Of a stretch of DNA of 64,000 nt, positions 38,781 to 51,715 are shown piece by piece. The notes beneath the pieces were generated by a model that saw nothing but the letters and a program-made list of their open reading frames with translations, was not told the DNA's origin and ran no database searches. Position 1 is the first letter of the stretch. Each line of letters starts with the position of its first letter. The translations under genes and the position numbers were made by a program. The DNA comes from Octopus vulgaris (Eukaryota): positions 37,510,001 to 37,574,000 of the forward strand of contig OX597823.1 in NCBI GenBank assembly GCA_951406725.2, written 5' to 3'.

Positions 38781-41700
38781 ACAGTTGGTGTCTACCCCGT
38801 TCTGTAGTATCATATAATACCCTGTTATAAATCCACATTAGAAAAGTGGCATACAGTGCCGCAATATAAAAGCGCCAACGAGTGGTTCAAAGCTTATGTT
38901 GGTCATTAACAATCTTTTATGATACAAAAAATTTGTTAATTATGGAAGACCTATTATCTGGCACATTACAGTTGCAAAAACAACAGGAGTTGCACCAACA
39001 ACTAACAACAGTAGCAACAGGAGTGCAGCAGCAACAGCAGAAAGTGTCGAACAACAATACTCAAGAGTCGAACAATAGCACCCAAGAGCCGAACAGCAGT
39101 TGTGGGAATTAATATGAATGTCGTGAAACACTGCAAGTTCGTTTTCACCAGACAGCATAGCGAATGCCATAAGTGAATTTAGTTATAACCCAGAGGTGGA
39201 TATAACTTTTTCGGCATACTTCTGAAGATATGAAGAAATCTTCAAAGAAGAATGCAAGTGTTGGACAAGCAATGAAAAAGTGAGACTACTGTTACAGAAA
39301 CTAGGTCCTTCAGAACATGAAAAATACTGCAATTTTATCTTGCCTAAAACAAGTGAAATTTGTTTCAAGGAAACAACTGAATTGCTATCCAAAATGTTCA
39401 GTGATAAGAGTTCCCTGTTTAACTCTCTCTGGGAGTGTTTAAACCTAGTAAAAGAAGATGATGAAGATTTTATCAGTTATGCAAGAATTGTAAATGAAAT
39501 TTAACCTGAAAGAATTATCTCAAGACATGTTTAAATGCCTCATCTTTGTGCAAGGTTTGATGGCAAAGATGCAGAAATACATGCACAGATTCTTACAAAA
39601 CTAGAACAGGAGGACCAGAATTTAACCCTGCAGGCAGTAGCAGAGGAATGTCAAAGAATTATTAACCAGCAACAGGATGTAAAGAAAACTGAAGGAAAAT
39701 ATTTCTCTCAAATGCAGACATATCGACTAGGAATCATCATCAACATCATCATCATCATTTAATGTCCGCTTTCCATGCTAGCATGGGTTGGAAAGAAAAA
39801 AGAATGTTATGACCAAATCTCTACTATGGATGTGGAGGTCAGCATTTTAAGAAAGACTATCTATTTCAAACTCGGTAATGTTTTAGTTGTCAAAAAATAG
39901 GACATAAAAGCTTGCACTACATAGTGAAGGAAAAAAGGTTGGAAAAAAAAATTCTTCTGAAAAGGGTTGCTCAATAGAAAGTCATGACAACACCCAAAAA
40001 AGAAAGTATGTGTATGTAAGCATAAACAACGTGAACATGAAACTACAACTAGACACAGATAGTGACATTACAATTACTGATACTGACACGTGGAAGAAAA
40101 ATGGGAAACCTACATTAAAGAGAACATTGAAAAGTGCACAAGGCATCACAGGTGAAAGATTATACTTCTTAGGCGAAATGGTAAGTGATATTACATTTCG
40201 TGGTAAAACCTGTAAATCAGATGCATTAAAGAAAAAATTTTTAAATGCTTTTCCTGAAGTGCTGTCAGATAAATTAAGATTGTGTACTAAGACTGAGGTA
40301 TGTTAGGGAAAATTCAATACCAGTGTTCAAATCAAAAAGAACAGAACCTTTTGCTGTGATAAAACATGTCGATGAAGAATTACACAGATTAGAGAAAATT
40401 GGAGTCATTCAAAAAGTGGAATATGCAAAACGGGCAGCTTCAACAGTGTGTATTAAAAAGAAGAATAACAAAATGAAGGTGTGTGCTGATTTATCTACTA
40501 GCTTGAATGAATGTCTGAAAACATGCCACCATCCACTCCCTACTCCAAAGTTAAGGGGGGGGGGGGGTATTTTCGAAACTGGATCTCTCCAATGCGTACC
40601 CACAAATTAGAGTAGACCACACAAATGCTCAAAATACCTAACAGTGAATATGCATAAAGGACTACATAAATATAACAGATTACCATTTGGTCTGAAGGTC
40701 GCACTTGCATATTTTCAACAGGCTATGCATGCAATATAAGTGGACTGTAAATTCACAATTCCATAACTGGATGATATATTAATTAAAAGTGAATCTTGTG
40801 ATCAGCATGTTGAGCATGTAAAGTGTGTTTTTGAAAAAATAAGAAATTAGTTTCACACCGAGTGAGGAAAAATGTGAATTTTTCTTAACTAGAATTAAGT
40901 ATTTAGGACAAATTATCAACAGGAATAGATGATGACCGGATCCGTCAAGGACAGACACAATTAAAATATGCCTTCTCCGACTAATATAATTACCTTACAA
41001 GCTTTTCTAGGTCTAGCAAATTATTATAAAAATTATATACCAAATATGCATGAATTGAAAGTTCCACTAAATAATTTTCAAGAGGTGTTTGATGATATCA
41101 AAAAAAATATTAATATCAGATTTGTCGTTGGCTCATTTTGATCCGGCAGCAGAGATTGTTGTAGCTTCTGACACTGCTGAATATAGCATAGGAGCAGTAA
41201 TGGTGTAAAAACAGTAATATGAAGGCAGTGGTTCATGCCTCACATTTTCTGATAGTGGTAGAGAAAAACTGTAGTTAATTAGAGAAAGAAGGTCTAGCAA
41301 TCATTTTTGCAATGAAGAAATTTCAGATTTTTGCATGAAAGTTTATGGCTACTAACTGATTGCCGACCGTTATCAAGTGTTGAAGAAAGGATTGCCGACC
41401 GTTATCAAGAGTTGAAGAAAGGAATTCCTACCCATAAAGCAAATAGGTTACAACACTGGGGTACAATATTACAACTTTAAGATGGAGTATAATACCATCC
41501 AAAAGGTTAGGCCATGTGGATTGCCTAACAAGGCTAATTCCAAAAAATATGGAATTATTCGAAGATACCATGATGGCTGTGTTGCGAGCGGAAAATGAAA
41601 TAAAAAACATTTTGTGTAACATCATTCGGGAACTGCCACTAACTATTCAAGATATAAAATTAAAATTGGAGAATGACAAATTCATTGCAAAGATGAAAGA

Positions 41701-43216
41701 AATGAAGGTAAAAGAAAACAAAAATATACTTAACACAATTGTGAATATTTCCCTCTGTGTGATAAAGTGTTGATGTATGCACGAAGTGTTGTAGTGCCAG
41801 CCACACTACAAAAGTGTGTATTAAGTGAATTTCATATGGGATACCTAGGGATTTCAAGAATGAAATCAGTAATGAAGAGTTATATGTATTGGCCTATTAC
41901 CGACTGTGATATTGAACAATTGGTTGTGCTCTCACAGCAAAGTCACCACTGGTCAAATTCCAATCATGACCTAAGACAGACAGTCCGTCATCCAGGCTAC
42001 ATATAGATTTTGCTGGAATGGATAACAGCGCATATTATCTGATCATAGTAGACAGCTATACCAAGTGGAAGGAGATATGTAAATGCAGTCAACCAACCTC
42101 AAAGGTAGCAATAAGCTTCCATCACAAACTTTTTGCATGATACAGTGTACCGGACACCATAGTATCAGATAACAGAATGCAGTTTTCAGGATGCAAATTT
42201 AAAAATTTCCATGAGAGGTATATAATCAATCACATCTCTACTCCACCATACCATCCTAGATCAAATGGGTGAGCAGAAAGTTTCATAAACACATTTAAGC
42301 AATCACAAAAAAAAAATCAAGAAATGAATTAGGCAATGATGCAGCACTAACACAATTCTTAAGGGTTTACAGAGTAACACCTTACCCAAATACCTGCAGA
42401 GCTAATGTTTGCCCAGAAGATAAAATCAATTTTTGATAAACCTACAAAAAAAAGTTACAGGGAAAACCCAAGACATACAACAAAGTATTTTAATGTGGAA
42501 GATAAAATTCATTTCAAAATTTATAAGAATGGAAGACAAGGTTGGGAGGATGGTATAGTGACAAAAAGAATAGGCAGTATGATGCACATAATAAAAGGTC
42601 AAATAGGAGAGCACAAATGACATTTGAACCAGATATACTGAAAAAAAGAAGAAATATCTGATGGAAGTTTGTTATGATTTGTTCAATGTTCCAATACCAA
42701 AAGAGGTTAAACGTAGATGGATCAGCAATAGAAAACATAAACAAACAGAACAACTAGAAATAGTCCCTAAGCGAAAAAAAAGTATTAAAACTTTTGAGAA
42801 AATTAAAATCTCAAAAAAGGGAGATGATAATGGAAAAAAAAAAGAATAAAATTAAATAAACAATTTGCACTTCCTACAGAAGTCAAATCTCAAAAGGGGA
42901 GATGTTATGGGGAGAATCATGACACCCCTTGAGAGAATGGACTAGCTGAACTTGTGTAAAGAGCAGCGTGTTTGACTGAGAGTGACAAATGAGAAATTAC
43001 AGAAAGTCAAAAGGTGTCATTAGTGGAGTCGCAGGAAATTTTTGGGAAGTTCTTATAGTTTGTTGAGAGTTGTTTTGGATTGGTTACATTTGTTGGCAAG
43101 GTATTTGGGAATACATCGAGTGGAGACAGCTGGTGTCTACTCCATTCCGTTGTATTATATATCACACTGTTATTAGTGCACAACACTAAGGTGATATATT
43201 CAGAATCCACATTATA
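38778..43216 (+). mobile_element. Decayed Gypsy LTR retrotransposon with truncated 5' LTR and a 3' LTR
   Basis: Gag FSYNPEVDITF, protease LDTDSD, RT RLPFGLKVA, and integrase HMGYLGISRMKS and PPYHPRSNG. PPT AAAAGGGGAGA is followed by TG at 42903, and 38778-38840 matches part of 43123-43216. Confidence 0.9.
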
Positions 43217-43249
43217 AAGGTCACCTACTATCAACTAATTCTAGCTTTC

Positions 43250-44555
43250 CAACCTGGCATTGGATGGAGTCTATTTTCTGTACATTTTAGTGTTTATTGT
43301 ACTTGTGCATCTTTCACACACAAAAACTATTTTCCCTGTTAACCTTCCCCTGATATTGCTGCACCTCTTGTGTGTCCATAGCTTACATTAGATACATCTT
43401 ATGGAGTTTCTACTTATGCCTTTTCTACAGGTCGAGCAGGGCCATCTACCTGAAGGGATTTGTGATATGTCCGCTTTCCTACTTACTAAGACTTTGGTTT
43501 TTGCTAGATCAACTTTAAGGGCCTTTGATTCTAGACCTTGCTTCCACACCTGAAATTTCTTCTCTAGTTCTGGAAGTAATTCGGCTATCAGAAGGTCATC
43601 AACATAGAGGAGCTCTCAGGGGCATCCTGTCTTAAATTCTCAGGGGGGCTGAGAACTGATCTTTGGTGAACCCCTACTTGTACCCTGAATTCATCACTAT
43701 ACTCATTGCCAACCCTTACCTTACTGACAGCATCCTTGTACATGGCTTGTACAACTCTCACCAACCACTTGTCTATCCCTAGTTAAAGGAGCAGGGGACC
43801 CTGTTAAAGGCTTTCTCCATGTCAACAAAAGCCAAGTACAGAGGTTTATTTTTGGCAAGGTACTTCTACAGCTGTCTTACAAGAAATATAGCATCAGAGG
43901 TGCTCCTCTCTTGCACAAAACCAAACTGTATCTCAACTAGACTAATTCTCCTCCTAATTAGTTCAGTTATGACTCTCTCCGTAACTTTCATCGTCTGATC
44001 CAACAATTTGATACCTCTGTAATTATTTCTGCCTAAGGTGTCACCATTTCCTTTGTAGCAGTTGATTATGATGCTACAACACCAGCCATAGGGTATGACT
44101 CCCTCATGTACAACCTGATTATACAAGTAACTAGATCATAACCCACACTTCCAGGTAACCAGACTCCCCTTTTCCTATGAGTTCTCTACATTTAGCAACC
44201 TTCCATAGTGAATCATCATCCATGCAAACACCTCTTCTCTCCAACATCACAATTTCCCCTGGCACACTCTCTTGCAAAACAAAGCACTACAAGCAGCTGG
44301 CCCTCACACTGCAAAACATTAGTAAACTTCTTCCTTTCTGCTTCACCCCTGACTAAGTATACCTGCTTCCTTTCTAGCTGCCTGATATGGTTCTTGCAAC
44401 TGCCACCCTTCCAGTCCTTCCAAGCCTGTTTCTTTGCTCTGATAGCCCTGTCAACTACACTGTACCACCACCATGTCACCTTAGGCCTGGTTGGGACTTT
44501 GCAACAGCCACAAATTTGGTCTGTGGCTCTCAGCAAATTGTCCCCCACCCAGTAG
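43250..44555 (-). mobile_element. Decayed internal fragment of the PHD-bearing RTE LINE
   Basis: NYRGIKLL...STSDAIFLVRQL, and the same Cys/His finger at about 43305-43440. Several deletions. Confidence 0.9.
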
Positions 44556-46574
44556 GAACAGACTTCAAGACCTGAAATCTGGGAGAGGGTTAGTTGATTA
44601 CATTGACCCAAGTGCTTGACTTGTACTTTATTATAATGACCTCAGAAAGAGAAAGGCAAAGTCAATTAGCTGAGGGAGAAAACAGTTGACTTTATCAACC
44701 TCAACAGCTGACTGGTATCTTTTTTTATCAACCCCACAGAAGGATTAAAGGTTAAAGTCAACCTCTAATGAGAACAAATAAACACAACACATTCTGTTCC
44801 CTGCAACAACAACAATCATAATAATAATAATAATAAAGTCTCCTTCTTCACTACTCCCAACACTACCTTGAAGATACACTTTTTAAAAATTTCTTTCGTC
44901 ACTCTTAACTACTTAATTCCTATCATAGTAGAAATTTCTGAGTCTGTAAAACTCACCTGTCTCAAAAGCCCACCATCACTCCCACCTCACCCTCTGCTAC
45001 AAGAAAAAAAAATTAAGGCTCACTGGTTTAGTTTCAGGCAGTTTCTCATTTATTTAATACTTGGTAACAGTCACCTTATCAATGATAAAACATAAGCAAC
45101 AAGTAGGAAGAGGGCAACAGAACAGTCTGTCAAGTTCCTTTACCCAGTAAGAAACAGAGAAAGGAATATTTTTCAACACACCAGCGACCTAGTTTTTCTG
45201 GTTTGTCCCAAATAACTAGCTCTGTCTGTCACTGTCTATTTATTTTTATACCACACACACACACACACACACACCTACAAGCTTTTTCACTTCAGTTCAA
45301 TTATTATACAGACTAGTATTGTCATTTTTATTATTTTCTGGTCGGTTTTAGTCACTAAATTCTAAAACACACTAACACAAATAAAATCAACAATGGTGAG
45401 AATTGAGGGTGATAAGTTCACTTTTAATATTCAGCAGTCTTGAAAATCAACCCAGAAAAATAATTTTGGTCAGCTGCTATAAATTACAAAATAACAAAAG
45501 CTAACAGTGACAGTGTAATAGCTAACTGTTTCCTTGAAGCAGCAGTTGGCTGTTGACTAGTCATACAACATACTGCTGCTGCTAATAATAATAATACTGA
45601 TGATTACAATGTATAAAATATAACCTAAACTCAACAACTACACGACCAAATTATTAGAAAGGGAATTTGCAAGTCAACCACAAAAATAAAATAAAGCCCT
45701 AAAGATGGAGCATCTACATGTCACTCAATCTGCTAGAAACAGCAGCAAAATCTTCAAGACACATCTTACTCTCTTCAAAAAAGGGATGACAACAATAAAT
45801 GGAATGTCTGCTGAATGAGGAGCTGACCTGCAGTTTAAACAACAAATCTAACCCTTCCCCATGCACACACACCACCATCGCTATAAATATGTCAGCAAGT
45901 GCCTTCAGTCCCCTATTAAATCATTCTAGAGTCTAAATAACAAATTTACAGGTGAAACAGGATGAAAGATATTGATTGGTAAAAAGTTCAACCACAGCTG
46001 ACCTTTAACTCTTGACTAATTTCTCTGAAATATCAATGAAAGAATGAATAGAGGATAATGACATTGTTCAATGCCTTAGTTTTCAAACCATGGTAGTGGT
46101 GGTGATGGACTTTGGCTTGTCAGTAATAAAACATTTCTGAAAACACAGGCCAGACATGTTTAGGGACAAAGCAGTCAGTGGAACAAACCTTAATACATGA
46201 CTGATACTTATTTTATAATTGAAAAAAGGAAATACTAAATAGAATGAGAGGATTTGAACTAAGAACATTAAGAATCTGGTGGAGTGCAGTCCACTGCACC
46301 ACTAAAAAGGATAAATTTATTTCACCGCCTCCTTGTTCTTTCCTTTGGGCATGAGTTTGGATGCCATTCTTGTCACCAACTGTTTTAGATCATAGACTTA
46401 GGAATGCATAAAAGCAATGAGGACTCCGCAAGTAGCAAAGATTGATTTTCTTTAATGCCAAGTGGCAAATGAATGGGACAAGTGGTAAAAACTGTCCCAC
46501 ATTTGTCAAAAAAGAGGGGGAGTGAGAATATAGATGTAAAAGGAAAACGAAAAAAAAATAGGCATTGGAGGGCG

Positions 46575-46920
46575 ATGCATACCCTGTGTGAACACAAAGA
46601 TAAAATAAAATTTAATTTAATGAATATATTCTCAGGCAAATTCATATTTCAACAAAATTACATGAAAAGTTATTTCCCCTGCTTATTGTTTATGCATAAG
46701 TAACAAAGAAAAAAAGAAAATTTTGATTCACCTGTCCACCAGTTTTGAAGTTTCAAACCAAAATTTAATGAGTTCAAGCCACTTACCCAATGAGTATTTC
46801 TGCCAAATTTGGTGAAAATTTGTTCAACCGTTTTCCAGGAATTTTGCAAACACACAGACAAACAGACCAAGATAAGCGATTACAACACTCTGCTTTTGCT
46901 TATGCACACAGGATAATAAT
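46575..46920 (+). mobile_element. Helitron/Helentron-type non-autonomous fragment
   Basis: CCAAATTTGGTGAAAAT...CCGTTTTC...ACACACAGACAAACAGAC resembles HINE-type 3' ends. Recognised by resemblance only. Confidence 0.45.
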
Positions 46921-49900
46921 AATTTGTCATGAAACACTCAGCATAAAAGCAATCAATTTTGTTGACTTGAGAGTTTAACAAATAAACACAAAAGATTGGA
47001 ACCGAAATTTAATCTGAAATGTGATTTGCTGAAAATTCACCTTGAGCTTAAAGCACTCACATCCAGTAATTAATTGGCTACACTCCACTCATTCTTACAA
47101 ACACAAAAAACGTGAATAAAGTTCTTCCATTCACAGCGTAACCCTTTAGCATTCAAATTACTCTACCAAATGTAAAGCTTATATATTCATACTGTTTTGA
47201 ATTAATCATGTTTTGTCTCAGCTTTGAGATTTCAATGTGATGATGATGTTATTGCCTATTTTTACAATGATATTGTAGGATAGATATTAAAGGCTAGATC
47301 TGGCCAGTTTGAACACATATGGCTGGAAATAGCCAGTTTAAATGCTAAAGGGTAAAAAAGGGAAAATCTTTACATCTGACAAGAACAACAGAAAGTACAA
47401 CTGAAATACTAAGCAATTCAACATTCCTCAAGGACTTTGTTCATGTCTGCTCACAAAATCTTTGGACCCTTTTATTTAATTTAATTTACTAACATTATCA
47501 ATTCAATTTTTTTTACAGGACAACTGCCAATTTGAGGAAATCAATAGAGATTGAGGTGGCAAATGGTTGGCCTAACTGCAGAAATGGCCAGCCCAGTTGC
47601 TCAAGTGGCCAGTTTCACTGCTGGGCAAGTGGTCAACTGGATGGCCTGAGTACTAAGTAAGCAATTGGTTGACTTCTAAGAATTATAAAAAAAAAAACAA
47701 TTTGTGTCATAATCTAGGTGAGCTCTAGAAAGTTGGCATCAAGGTAAATGTGGAAGCTTCAGCTAGAATTCCCAATGTAGCAGTCACAATGAGACACAAT
47801 TCACTTACCAAAAAAAGTAAATAGACAAAACAATGAAATGAAAGAAATAATTCAATCTATTTGGAATGGCAATTATTAATGTAAAATTTCAGTTGGACAT
47901 CAAAGTAGGGCAAAAAATGTGTGTACATGCATAAATAAATATTTTATGTAGGAAGGTACTATGAAGATTCAATTGCATAAAGAATGGGAAGATATATAGC
48001 TTGCGCTTTTCTCGAGGGCATATTTAAACAAAAACTTCACCACTCCTTCACTATTATTTTGTTATAATTCTTCTAACATTTTATCATCAGTATCAGTTGT
48101 TTAAATTTTAACAATGTCACAAAGCCTATTATATACTTGTAAATGTGAAATCTTGTGATATCTTTAGTCTTGTTGGTTGCATGATAGCTTTCTTTTTTTT
48201 TTTTCCTGTAGTTTCAGCTCAGAGCTGCAAGCCGTGTTGATGCACTGCATGATAGTTGGGGAAAAATATATATCTTTCTTCTCTTACTGCTTTCTTTTTC
48301 TTTTCGTTTTTTTTTTTTTTTACACAAAACAAACAATTTAAGAAATAAGCCAATAATTTTAGTTTCTTTGGGGTTAAACTGCAATATCTATCTATCTATA
48401 TGTATGTGTGTGTGTGTATATATATATATCTGTATCTATGTGTTAATGGAAAATTTTGTCATGGAAGGTAAGGGAGGGAACTCCAAACTTTAAATTGATT
48501 CAAAATTAGATGGTGACATGCAGTTGCAAGTAGGCTTTGTACTGGTAAATATGGTGATAACAGTTTCAGCCTGAGACCTAAACAAAATCTAACATGTATT
48601 TACAAGATCTTAAAACAATTGACATGATATAGGTTTTATGTAAAACTAATTCAGACAATATAAAGTAATGACTTAAGAAATTGAGTTCATTACAAACCTG
48701 CCTGAGACCATACCCTGGTCCTAAGATATAAATTCCATGATTTTAAACAAACTAGATGAAAACATCAATCAAAATTTCATGTTAATTTACATTTCAAATA
48801 CTAGCCAAATAATGACAAAAAAGTTATTTTACTAAATTCTTTATTATTTTCGAAATTAAATGACTATTTCAGCAGAAAGGGTTAAGCATGTCGGCTGTCT
48901 GGCATAACTGTATATTCTTCATGCAGAGGGCAACCATGGAAAAATTTTCCAGCGCTATAATTACAGTTATGTATGTGAATTATTATCAGGTAAATGAATA
49001 GCTGAAGGCATTCCTAAGATTCAGTCTTTGGCGACGTAACTACAACAATATCGGTACTTCTACGAAAATTCTCATTCTAACAAGGACACAGATTTATAAA
49101 AAAGTTGTACTGCAACTTTCTGAGAGTATATGTATGTGCGTATATCACACATAGATACACAAACATTTGAATTAACAAAGAAGCCTATACGCGATAGTTT
49201 GATCTGCTAGAAATAACAGCTAAGTCAACCCAACCGGACGATTCTTCTTCATTATTATGGTTGTAAACCAAAGCTAAATAAATACAATTTTAAAAAATAA
49301 TAAAACACAGAAACCAGAAAAACGGAATAGAATGATGAACGTGATTAAATTTTCTGAAGAAATATACCAATATGTCACATATGCAGAATTAAATCGTATG
49401 TCTTTTTAACTGTATAAAATAGGTACAGAAATTAAACAAAATAAATATATTTCAACTTTCTTTAATACTAGTCCCTCCCCCACAGATCGTTCTTGTATAG
49501 GCGAAGGAAGTGACAAGATATTTTGCCTGGAACTCTCAACAACAACAACAACAACAACAGCACTTAAAGTATTGCAATTATACAGAAACTTTAGTCTTGT
49601 CATTTCCCGAAGTTCCGTTTTCTATATATAGTTTCCCTGAGTTCCGTCTAATGTATTTAGTTTGGCAATGAAATTAGATCCTGGTGACACTATTCCACAG
49701 TTTCACCACATTATTTCAATAAATAATCTAATTCCATTTTTCTGAGAAATGTTTACTGTCTTTTTTTGTACTAATTTTTTTAAAAAAAACAGGAGTGTAG
49801 ACATTCTAGGAATAATACCCCATCTAATTTTTTCCGGACATGTAGAATCTCATTCTGTAGGCTTTTTGTTAAGGCAATGGGAGCATCAACTGACGGGCAT

Positions 49901-50146
49901 TTGGCTGCTATTACTCGCAAATCCAGCGACATGGACGCTCAAGTCAGCCCTGAACGAGCAGATTTTATAATGAAAGCAGTCCAGCCGCGAGAATCCTTTT
50001 CCTAAGTGCAGGAACCCAGGACACCACTAACCAACGTATCCTCCTGTGAGAATGTGTCTTCAGAGATTTGGCTTCTATTTCTAACATAACAAACGACCAC
50101 GTACAGGTTGCCTTATTGGCACATTTGAGGCTCCTGAGGCTTTGTT

Positions 50147-50810
50147 GGTCAATAGATCCTCATCCGGGAACAAAAAAAATCAACCAGCCTTGTGGGTGTT
50201 AAACAAGTGTGTGGAAAACGAATATGAAAAAAACAAATGCGCGCTGACGACCCTGGGGTGGGGAGGGGACTTTCAGAAATCGCATTTTCAAAATTTAACT
50301 ATGTTATCGTGGTTTTGTGAGATTTGGCTGTTATTTCTAACATGTGAATAGCCTGCTTGAATGCCCGAGGGTTTTTTTTTTTTATTGTTGAAAAATTTGA
50401 AATTTTACAAATTTTTTTCAGAATCGTAATCTTCGTATTTTTCTACGTATTTCGCAAAAAAAAAAAAAATAAATAACCCGGAAAAAAATGAAAAGTGAAG
50501 GGGGTGGTTGTGGGAATTGAAATTTTGAAAATGAGATTTTTGAATTTTTTTTTTTTTAAGAATCGGATCCTCCATAATCAAAAACGTGGGATTCCGTAAA
50601 AAAAAAATCAATATATATATATATATATATATCCATTTTACCCGAAGTTATGACGGAAAAATCGGATCTTGTGAATTTTCCGAAAGTCCCTTCCCCGCCC
50701 CGGGTTGTTAGTGCGCATTTTTTTCATATTCGTTTTCCACACACTTGTTAACACCCCCACCCCGGTCATTTTTTTCTTTTTGTTCCCGAGTGAATGTCTT
50801 TATATTGACC
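50147..50810. mobile_element. Foldback MITE with ~140 bp TIRs and 8 bp TSD (Merlin/Mutator-like)
   Basis: GGTCAATA...TATTGACC termini, with TSD GCTTTGTT at 50139-50146 and 50811-50818. Confidence 0.85.
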
Positions 50811-50926
50811 GCTTTGTTTTAGTGGGTGGGCACAGAGCGAAAGTTTAAAAAAAGTGAAATTTATGTACACGCATATGTGTGTATACGAGATTATATATCA
50901 ACAAGGTCGATATATATATCAACAAG

Positions 50927-51155
50927 GGCGGCGAGCTGGCAGAAACGTTAGCATGCCGGGCAAAATGCGTAGCCGTATTTCGTCTGTCGTTACGTTCCGA
51001 GTTCAAATTCCGCCGAGGTCGACTTTGCCTTTCATCCTTTCGGGGTCGTTAAATTAAGTACCAGTTACATACTGGGGTTGATGTAATCGACTTAATCCCT
51101 TTGTCTGTCCTTGTTTGTCCCCTCTGTGTTTAGCCCCTTGTGGGTAGTTAAGAAA
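50927..51155 (+). mobile_element. Young full-length tRNA-type SINE family A
   Basis: A-box-like TGGCAGAAACGTT, B-box GTTCAAATTCC, CpGs retained, and flanked by TATATATATCAACAAGG repeats. Confidence 0.9.
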
Positions 51156-51631
51156 TATATATATCAACAAGGTCGGTGTGCTAGAAATAACAGTGAAACC
51201 ACGCTATACTGTTTTGTTTTGTTTTTTAACGGATACATTTTAATAATAGAAGTACTAGATTCACTGTTTGTGATAGACGGAAATAGATGGGGTGGTCACG
51301 ACGGGGCTACTAAAATAATGATGGTTAGAGATAGAGATAAGAAAAAGTCCTTGCTGAAATAAAGTGAAGATAGAAGAGAAAGACAGTTTGCAGGAGCGAA
51401 GGGGAGGAGATCAACAAGTATAAGAGACTATAAGTATGAGATATATGAATTATGTGTAGCTATGTGCGAGTGCGCGGACAAATGTACTTAAAGTTTTTCA
51501 TGTTGTGGCATATGTGAAGAAGGGATGAATTAAATGAGAGAGAGAGGGAGTGAGAGAGAGAGGGGGAGTGAGAGAGAGAGGGAGGGAGTGAGAGAGAGAG
51601 AGAGGGAGAGACATGGGAGTTGCTGGTTATT

Positions 51632-51715
51632 AGTTTCAGTTTCACTAAAACAACCAGTCAGCCAGAAAAGCAGGCAGACGGTAGACAGGGGAAATAAGAG
51701 AAGTGAAAGCGAAAC
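51632..51715. promoter_or_regulatory. Pair of ISRE/IRF-E sites in intron 1
   Basis: AGTTTCAGTTTCAC at 51632-51645 and AAGTGAAAGCGAAAC at 51701-51715, in opposite orientation and in sequence not recognised as a TE. Confidence 0.55.

Noticed and set aside
41360-41424. 32 bp tandem duplication
   Set aside because: Local slippage inside a dead Gypsy pol gene.
44950-45000. Strong minus-strand donor CAG|GTGAGT as a possible alternative exon
   Set aside because: An in-frame TGA precedes it in the phase needed for exon 2. It could only be a non-coding exon, and nothing else supports it.
49740-49748. GAS-like TTCTGAGAA (others at about 46832 and 56282)
   Set aside because: Six specified bases occur often by chance in AT-rich DNA, and there is no clustering.
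50927-51015. tRNA gene
   Set aside because: A and B boxes are present but there is no cloverleaf, and the sequence continues into a SINE body.
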